Shown in pieces: positions 47,309 to 47,373 of a stretch of 47,373 nt of DNA. The translations under genes were made by a program, and so were the position numbers. The DNA comes from Vampirovibrionaceae bacterium NZW_1234 (GTDB taxonomy: Bacteria; Cyanobacteriota; Vampirovibrionia; Vampirovibrionales; JAGQHJ01): assembly GCA_041697335.1 (NCBI GenBank), contig JBGUGD010000020.1, forward strand, positions 1-47,373, written 5' to 3'. The notes beneath the pieces are model-generated. The model worked only from the letters and a program-made list of their open reading frames with translations. It ran no database searches and was not told where the DNA came from. Positions within the stretch are counted from its first letter, which is position 1; the number at the start of each line of letters is the position of its first letter.

Positions 47309-47373
47309 TCAATATTAATAATACGCATGGTACACTCAGAAACCCAAGAAAATTAACAGAAGGTAAAAGAAGG

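Overview
A 47.4-kb chromosomal window of mostly core genes interspersed with lineage-specific orphans. The likely source is a non-photosynthetic relative of Cyanobacteria (Vampirovibrionia/Melainabacteria). This is an inference from cyanobacterial-type families (IctB, DUF4330, Tic20/Ycf60) with no photosynthesis genes in view. Core content: a complete aroF-trpEGDCFBA operon with an unannotated Trp-Trp-Trp leader peptide and attenuator, and a divergent PHP (TrpH/YciV-like) gene; tRNA-Arg(CCG); an LPS-type operon (heptose kinase, DUF4330, IctB/O-antigen ligase-like, GT9, methyltransferase); a TPR-SLT lytic transglycosylase; Tic20-like; sfsA; rpsU (missed by the ORF track); HIT; acyl-CoA dehydrogenase; proline dehydrogenase; rph-hisS; thioredoxin; a K+-independent H+-PPase; a CopG-type regulator; a TadG-like protein; tRNA-Pro(TGG); DUF2490. 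The least explained stretch is 14.4-17.2 kb. There a C39-like cysteine protease and a Tat-type anthrax-LF/PPEP-like zinc protease are separated by a ~350-nt strongly C/G-skewed spacer carrying hairpins, a chain of abutting mini-ORFs and a strong terminator. Other oddities are an HD-domain protein with a large insertion, three FG/Pro-rich low-complexity proteins and several unannotated small ORFs. No CRISPR array, integrase or transposase was seen.
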